Assembly: GCA_012295275.1 (NCBI GenBank)
Contig: CM022675.1
Location: 17,050,001-17,114,000 of the forward strand
Direction: 5' to 3'
DNA: 64,000 nt
Origin: Chrysomallon squamiferum
Lineage: Eukaryota > Animalia > Mollusca
The translations under genes were made by a program, and so were the position numbers. Of this stretch, positions 50,301 to 64,000 are shown piece by piece. The notes below the pieces were generated by a model, which was not told the origin of the DNA, searched no databases, and was given only the letters and a program-made list of their open reading frames with translations. Each line of letters opens with the position of its first letter. The first letter of the stretch is position 1.

Positions 50301-53300
50301 TGAAATAATAATAAGATTAAAAAATGTTTCAGAAGAAATGGTGTTGAGAAGATTCAAATAACATGTACAATTTTTATAAAAGAAAAAAACACCCTCTTAC
50401 CCCCCAAAACACACATCTTTTCTTTCTTTAACAATTTATAAAGATAAAGATAAAATTTTTGATCCAATTTCACTCAGTATCATTATTACTGTTTATATTT
50501 TTTTATCTGATGCCTATTTTACAATACAAACAATTTACATAATAAAAGTGAAAGGTCACTTAGTTTTTATTTTGAATATTTACATCGTACAAATAGTATG
50601 AAAAAAAACATGATAACAAAAGTTCAGGTGAACTCCATCCCCTGTTAAATTCAACACTATAACAAAACCCATTTCCTCACAATCTTACCTCTTCATCAAG
50701 ATATTATTAAAAAATGTGTACAAACAGCAAACTACCTAAAGATGAACACAAAATTTTATGTGAAAAATGTCATTATGCGTGATCAAATATGACAACAATG
50801 CTGCCTGTTTGTGGGGTTAAATATGTAATTGCTATTTTGCGAATGCATTATTTTAAGATCCACAATTTAATGAATAGTACAAAATAATGTTGTTAAACAC
50901 TGGAAGGGCATGAAAAAGGGAAAACAAAATTCACATATATATATGTAAAACTGGTCCAAAAGAATTAAAATGTAGATTCAAAATTTAATCGTGGAAGATT
51001 GCAATGTTTTAAAGTTATGCATAAATGTTAAATTGATACAAGATTTGTCATTATAATTTATTGCTTTTAAAATAACCAGCCACTCTGACTGCACTATTCT
51101 GATTAGTTTATATACATATACATACATACATACATATACATGTGTATATATGCATAATATATGTATTTGTTTATTTATTTATATATTCACATATATACAC
51201 AATTACTGTTGCTACATGTCATTAAATCTGAAATGAACAGGAAGGTGAGTAGAAAATGTCTCATGCTGAAGACAACCATTAAATCACTGTGAAATTATCT
51301 ATGATCTTACTATACACAACAATAAAACCTGTGTACACTGTTAATGCAATATACAAAGCAAACAAAATTAGTTGCCTTTACACAGAATCACATGGCTAGG
51401 CAAAAATTATTTTAAAAAAAATATCGAAATCTAATAAATAAAGAAATAAATAACAGTAACATATCCATCTGACAAGTACAATAACAGGTACAATTCATTG
51501 TCTTGCGTTTTGCTATTTTCCTCAAAGAATTTAAAACTTTAAAAAGATAAAATCATAAATAAAAATAAAAATTGAATATAAGAAAGAAAGCACAACAAAT
51601 ATATAAAAAGAGAAAATGTTAAAAAAAACAAGAACAAAAAAAACAAAATAAACACAAAACAAAACCAAACTATTTTTCAACGTTTCCACGTAAGTGGCCT
51701 GGTAGGTAAAATTTATTATCATAATCAGTATCAATTATACCAGCTGTACAAAACACAATAATTTTATGTACATTTTACAAACAATTTATAATTACAAAAA
51801 TGCTGTTATGTACTAGTCAATCTATAATCATCATTTTAAAAAAAAAAGTAAAGACTCGAGATACAAAAATGAAATGTACAAATGAAAATTTGAATTATGA
51901 CCATTTGATATGGGAGAAAAAAGGAATTTCATTATGCACGTGATAAAGTTGCTTTTATTTATTTATTTCCATTCTAAATTAGATTACTACCAGTTGCTTT
52001 TTCATCCAGATTTGTATCTAATCTAACTGAAAACTGTAACTTTTTACTGTTCCTATTCTTCATCAATATTATACAAAAACAAAACAACACTATATGTAAT
52101 TATATATACATTGTTCTTATCTGGTAACTACATGAGAACATCCACAGGGTTAAAAAATGGATCACATAGTACAAAAATGATTGTTGTATTAACTTGGCTA
52201 TTCTTGTTGGTAATAAATACAAGAACATTATATACTATTACGGTTTACACAGTTGTTATATTGTGTAGATGCAAAAAACAGTCCTGTTATTACACTCAGT
52301 CAACTTTACAGCAGTATTTACACATGCATAAAATATTTTTCATTTAACACTATGCACAAATCTCAAGTTAAGTACAGATATAATAAAATTTTTGCAAACC
52401 CAACATTGTTCAATTTTCTCATATATAAATACACTGTATATGTCTAACAACATGAAACACAACATCAGTATTATACATTCAAATAGCTATAAAAGTGTCA
52501 AGTATAAAAAAACCCACACCAAAACATATGTAATATTTGTTGCCAATGAGAGATGCCTATATCTACTTAAATATATTATATGTATAAAAAGATAACCTAA
52601 TTTATATTACAGCTAACTGTAATGAAAATACTGGGTAATAGTGCCATAAAATAATCCACAATTCAGCAGCTTGTTTTGTGTTGTTTCTTTAATTATATAA
52701 AATTATTTTATTATTACTGCATAACAAAGTGATTTTATGGGTTTTATATCAATTAAACAACAGACAGATGTTTATAAATGTCTGATAGAATAAACATATT
52801 TTGTTTATTTCAAGTTACTGTTTTATCCATTTTCATCAAATCTTTTCAAATAACAAATCCTGACAACCAAATCACAAGTTAAGCAAGGATATTTGGTAGC
52901 TGACATTTTCACTTTTCTCAAAGCCCTAATTCATGTAAAGAAATATAAAAAACATGAAATGTCAACTGCACCATGATTTTTCAGTTTAAGATTTATTTAT
53001 ACGACCTAATATCATACTATAAAGTGAGATATCAGCATTCATACAGCCTTACATCATTACTTTTGTCAATGTCAGCAAAACCTGAATTAAATGAAACATT
53101 AATTCAGAAATAATTAGCAATTTGTACATATTATAAAAGGTTCATTTTAATCAAAACTGCATAAATAAAGACAGTTTTAACTTCAGTGAGACAGTGGTGT
53201 ATGTTTTTAATTTGAAAATTCATTTTATTACATTTCACAGGCAGACTAGAACAGGTTATTTTTCATTTAATTTGGCACCATACTCTTCTTCAGTTTTTTA

Positions 53301-53798
53301 TATATATATATATATATATATATTGTTTATTTTTGTTTTGTTTTATTTTCATTTTTTTTTTTATTTTACAAGAAATAATTTTATGATAAATGGAACAATG
53401 TTGATGAGAATGTAATTTCCATTTTAAGCCAGCTGAAAGAATTATATAAAAATTCAACTTATTTACAAGAGTTTTAGCACAATTAACTTCCAAATTCCAA
53501 TCTTAAGAAAATGTTTTGGAACAAAAAATAGAATAAAAATTAATAATAATAAAAAATAAAAAAGTTCTCCAAATGCTACTGTAGTCACAGAAGCAAAATA
53601 TTCAATATCAAAATGGAATCACCAGGTTTTTGTGGTATCAACCATAGTCTTCATTTGAGCAGAAAATGACATCCTGATATAATTCAAATTTACAAAAAAA
53701 AAAAAAAAAAAAAAAAGTCCATGATGGCATAAAACTTGAAAAATGTTCAAAACTGAGAGTTTTCACAGTTGTTCTGTAATGTTGTTGTGATTACTTGT

Positions 53799-64000
<10,202 letters not shown>

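Overview
AT-rich, microsatellite-rich animal genomic DNA with spliceosomal introns; probably a lophotrochozoan such as a mollusc (inferred from the proteins, not proven). Most ORFs in the supplied track are exon fragments or noise. I reconstructed five genes by hand. (1) The 5' part of a minus-strand gene with about 18 ankyrin repeats in one exon of at least 2455 nt, followed by a TRPV-like linker; it runs off the left edge. (2) SMARCE1/BAF57 (+, 14 coding exons, about 523 aa). (3) Cytosolic NAD-dependent glycerol-3-phosphate dehydrogenase GPD1 (-, 9 exons, 351 aa). (4) A TAX1BP1/CALCOCO autophagy receptor (+, 16 coding exons, about 946 aa). (5) The 3' part of KMT2C/D (trr) (-, ePHD-FYR-WIN-SET). 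Mobile DNA includes a full-length decayed hAT Buster/Charlie element with a perfect 8-bp TSD, a decayed Ginger2/KRBA2-like element, a Tigger/pogo-type MITE, RTE-like LINE scraps and a two-copy LTR-like repeat. The most notable observations are the long-ankyrin TRPV-like channel, a candidate microexon plus tandem acceptor just after the KMT2C/D WIN motif, a templated copy of the SMARCE1 start exon, microsatellite-centred palindromes, and two GC-AG introns. No prokaryotic systems, CRISPR arrays or RNA genes were found.
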